From assembly GCA_964474885.1 (NCBI GenBank), contig CAYYWO010000011.1, forward strand, positions 1 through 31,687: 31,687 nucleotides of DNA, written 5' to 3'. Below, piece by piece: positions 29,392-31,687 of the stretch (position 1 is its first letter; every line of letters starts with the position of its first letter). The position numbers were made by a program, and so were the translations under genes. Source of the stretch: Candidatus Hadarchaeota archaeon. GTDB taxonomy: Archaea > Hadarchaeota > Hadarchaeia > Hadarchaeales > JAWBSP01. The notes beneath the pieces are model-generated. The model was given only the letters and a program-made list of their open reading frames with translations, was not told the origin of the DNA and searched no databases.

Positions 29392-30356
29392 TCGATCGAT
29401 GCTCTAACCTGTCTGGTGGCCTCAACCATTGCTTTTAGTTTGCCGATCGCTTCTTCTTCAGTCCTAGTTTTTAGACCGCAGTCGGGGTCTACCCAAATTT
29501 GTCTTGGATTTAACACATTCAGAGCTTTTTGGATTCTCTCTTTTACTTGATCAACCGTCTCGATGATATGTGAGTGAACATCAATAACTCCAAATGAGAT
29601 ATCCTTGGTAAAGGGGTGTCTATGGAAGAGTTCCATGAGATCCAGCTCGCTGTTGGACATTTCTAAGTCAAAATTTTGGATAGGCAGCTCGAGCATTTGG
29701 GGGTAAATGTACTCGAACGCACCATAGCAAATATGACAAATGAAGTAAACGTCGTCTAGACCATGAACCATAATTTCCATTGCTTTTTTAGCCAGTGGTA
29801 ACTCCTGTGGTCTTGCGGAGATAGCGGGCTCATCGATTTGGATTATCCTTGCACCAGCTTTGTATAGGTTTCTCACCTCCTTTCTTAGTTCCTTCGCAAG
29901 CGCTAGGCAAGCCTGTTCGCGGTCAGGGTAATATTCATTAAAGGACCAGTCCATCATTGTGTAAGGGCCAGTCAGGATCGCTTTCACAGGTTTTTTTGTC
30001 AAGCTTTGCGTGAACTTCCACCATTTCACAGTTATCGGTTTTCGATATTTCACTTCCTTAACGATGATGGGTTTTCTGTAGTATCGGTTGCCATAGCTTC
30101 GTACAAGACCCCCCATCCTGAATCCCTCTAGGTTTTGAGCGAAGTAGGCTACCATGTCACCCCTATAAAACTCGCCGTCTACAAGCACGTCTAGCCCTAT
30201 TTCCTCCTGAATCTTTATCCATCTCCGGATGGCGTTCTTTTCTAAGGGTTCGAGTTTTTTGGCCCCCCAACCTTTCCTTCTGGCTTCGAGGATCTCGGGG
30301 GGCTTGGGCAAACTCCCGACCGCTGTAGTGGGCAGAAGAGGAAGATCCGGCTTCAT
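29388..30356 (-). CDS. metE: Cobalamin-independent methionine synthase, catalytic (C-terminal) half of split MetE
   Basis: 'PTTAVGSLPKP', 'LVDGEFYRGDM', 'QIDEPA'; Zn ligands in 'HICYG', 'LEMS' and 'PDCGLKT'. Confidence 0.88.
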   Translation of the reverse strand: MKPDLPLLPTTAVGSLPKPPEILEARRKGWGAKKLEPLEKNAIRRWIKIQEEIGLDVLVDGEFYRGDMVAYFAQNLEGFRMGGLVRSYGNRYYRKPIIVKEVKYRKPITVKWWKFTQSLTKKPVKAILTGPYTMMDWSFNEYYPDREQACLALAKELRKEVRNLYKAGARIIQIDEPAISARPQELPLAKKAMEIMVHGLDDVYFICHICYGAFEYIYPQMLELPIQNFDLEMSNSELDLMELFHRHPFTKDISFGVIDVHSHIIETVDQVKERIQKALNVLNPRQIWVDPDCGLKTRTEEEAIGKLKAMVEATRQVRASIE

Positions 30357-31339
30357 AGTATCTTTTGCCGGGCTTCTTTACAAATCTCCGATACCAGCTT
30401 CAACTTTTTGAAAGCATTTTCTCTTGGCAGGAATTCCAGACCGCAGGAGGGATTCAAATAAACTATCTCCACGTTTAGATTTCTCAGGAGCCTCCGCAGG
30501 ATCCCTAGGATTTTTCTCTTTCTCTCCATGCGGGTATTCCTCCCATCGATCAGTCCTAATCCTACGGCTTCCATTGCGAAACCTTCCTCCGCCATCTTCT
30601 GTACGAGCTTCCAGCTGTAAGTGAAATCAAAACCTACTCCATTCACGGGCAAATTTTCCATTTTGTTTAAGAGAGGCATGGCATCTCCAAAATAGGTGTA
30701 CAGGTATATCTTCAGTCTCCGACGTTCGGAGCATATTTCTTCTATGCTTTCCTTGAAGAGTTCCCAGTCTTTGGGATGACTTAGAATAGCTGGTTCATCG
30801 ATCTGCACGAAGCACCTCCCCAACCGTGAAATAGCGTGGACTTCTTGAGCAACGACCTCCGTGAACCACCTTAGAAAAGTTCTGAAGTCGACCCCCGCAC
30901 GGTTGATGGATAGGCGTGCAAGTGTGTAGGGACCGGTTATCACTTGTTTTACCGGTACAGATGAGTATCTTTTCGCAAAAACGAACTCGTCACACGCTAC
31001 GGGATGTTTGATGACGAGCCTGCTCGTTACCACAGGTTGACGGAAGTAAAAATTTGTGTCAAAGTACCGAAGCAAACCATCCATTCTGCAACCTTCGAGA
31101 TTTTTCGTGAAATGTGAGATGGGATCTATCCAGCGTATCTGACCATCAGTGACCATGTCCAGTCCAGCTTGAATTTGTTCATCGATGACCTCTTTTACCA
31201 CTTCGTCTTGAATTTTCTTAAACTGCTCATCACTTAGCTCCCCGGCTTCCCACTTGGCGTAGGCAACTCTGAACTTTTGCTTTTTAGGATCGCTTCCGAT
31301 TTTGGGGTAACTGCCAGTGTTCGCGCTCAGAAGCTTCAT
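30353..31339 (-). CDS. MetE N-terminal-like half (non-catalytic barrel) of split MetE
   Basis: 'GSYPKIG', 'RYFDTNFYFRQP', 'QIDEPA', 'LIDGRN'; 'YTYFG' where the HxC Zn motif would be. Confidence 0.82.
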   Translation of the reverse strand: MKLLSANTGSYPKIGSDPKKQKFRVAYAKWEAGELSDEQFKKIQDEVVKEVIDEQIQAGLDMVTDGQIRWIDPISHFTKNLEGCRMDGLLRYFDTNFYFRQPVVTSRLVIKHPVACDEFVFAKRYSSVPVKQVITGPYTLARLSINRAGVDFRTFLRWFTEVVAQEVHAISRLGRCFVQIDEPAILSHPKDWELFKESIEEICSERRRLKIYLYTYFGDAMPLLNKMENLPVNGVGFDFTYSWKLVQKMAEEGFAMEAVGLGLIDGRNTRMERKRKILGILRRLLRNLNVEIVYLNPSCGLEFLPRENAFKKLKLVSEICKEARQKIL

Positions 31340-31361
31340 TAATATTAAAGACTGTAAAAAG

Positions 31362-31687
31362 ATGCTTGAAGCATCGGCACCTGGTTCTGTCTTCCTGTTT
31401 GGCGAGCACGCAGTAGTTTACGGACACCCTGCTATAGTCGTCGCTATCGACGAAAAAATACATGTGACGGTAGCACCTAATAAAAAAGGGGTAGTAAGAG
31501 TAACTTCGGTGTTTGGAAGTCAAAAAATTCCATTGGGCAGGTTAAGAGGAAAGCCGAAATATGTACTGGCCGCTATCAGAAAGATTTTCGAACTCACAGG
31601 AAAACCAATTGGCCTGAACATAAAGATAAAGAGCAAGCTTCCTCCAGCATCTGGGCTGGGTACTTCATCTGCAGTCACTGTTGCAAC
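31362..31687 (+). CDS. mvk: Mevalonate kinase (GHMP kinase), partial, runs off the window end; absent from the ORF track
   Basis: Translates MLEASAPGSVFLFGEHAVVYGHPAIVVAID...KSKLPPASGLGTSSAVTVA, containing the GEHAVVYG and PxxxGLGxS motifs. Confidence 0.85.
   Translation, partial: MLEASAPGSVFLFGEHAVVYGHPAIVVAIDEKIHVTVAPNKKGVVRVTSVFGSQKIPLGRLRGKPKYVLAAIRKIFELTGKPIGLNIKIKSKLPPASGLGTSSAVTVA

Noticed and set aside
31362-31374. Palindrome ATGCTTGAAGCAT at the mvk start resembling array A half-sites
   Set aside because: It is 13 bp rather than 16 bp, a single copy, and constrained by coding sequence, so it may be chance.

Overview
This is an archaeal chromosomal window with mostly core genes. The gene style looks euryarchaeal and Rpo2 is unsplit; a Hadarchaeota-like lineage is my guess only. 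In order it contains: the probable 3' end of an IS200/IS605 tnpB element; a DUF1858 gene; a large exported protein with a class III-like signal peptide; an ion and phosphate transport cluster (ArsB/SLC13-like permease, AbrB-PhoU, PiT, tRNA-Cys, two head-to-head paralogous cation:H+ antiporters, a CBS protein); 5S rRNA, tRNA-Asp and tRNA-Lys; the rpo5-rpo2-rpo1N-rpo1C-rpl30e-nusA-rps12-rps7 operon ending in a second tRNA-Lys; an ABC-class ATPase; a GH130 enzyme; two tRNA-Gln genes; Lrp/RAM, TraB and Rib7-type reductase genes; PRC-barrel, TBP and an AroA-like gene; a prepilin peptidase; two divergent winged-helix genes; a polyprenol kinase, MptE, split MetE and a partial mevalonate kinase. The four most notable observations are: (1) the two divergent wHTH genes share a 328-bp spacer carrying two different palindromic operator arrays, suggesting a switch upstream of the prepilin peptidase; (2) tRNA-Gln(CUG) has a 20-nt D-loop intron at non-canonical position 15/16 with a clean HBh' splice motif; (3) 12 of 19 Asn in the exported protein follow Glu, a possible non-canonical modification motif; (4) the EPSP-synthase-fold protein lacks most catalytic residues. 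All family assignments come from motif recognition, not database searches.
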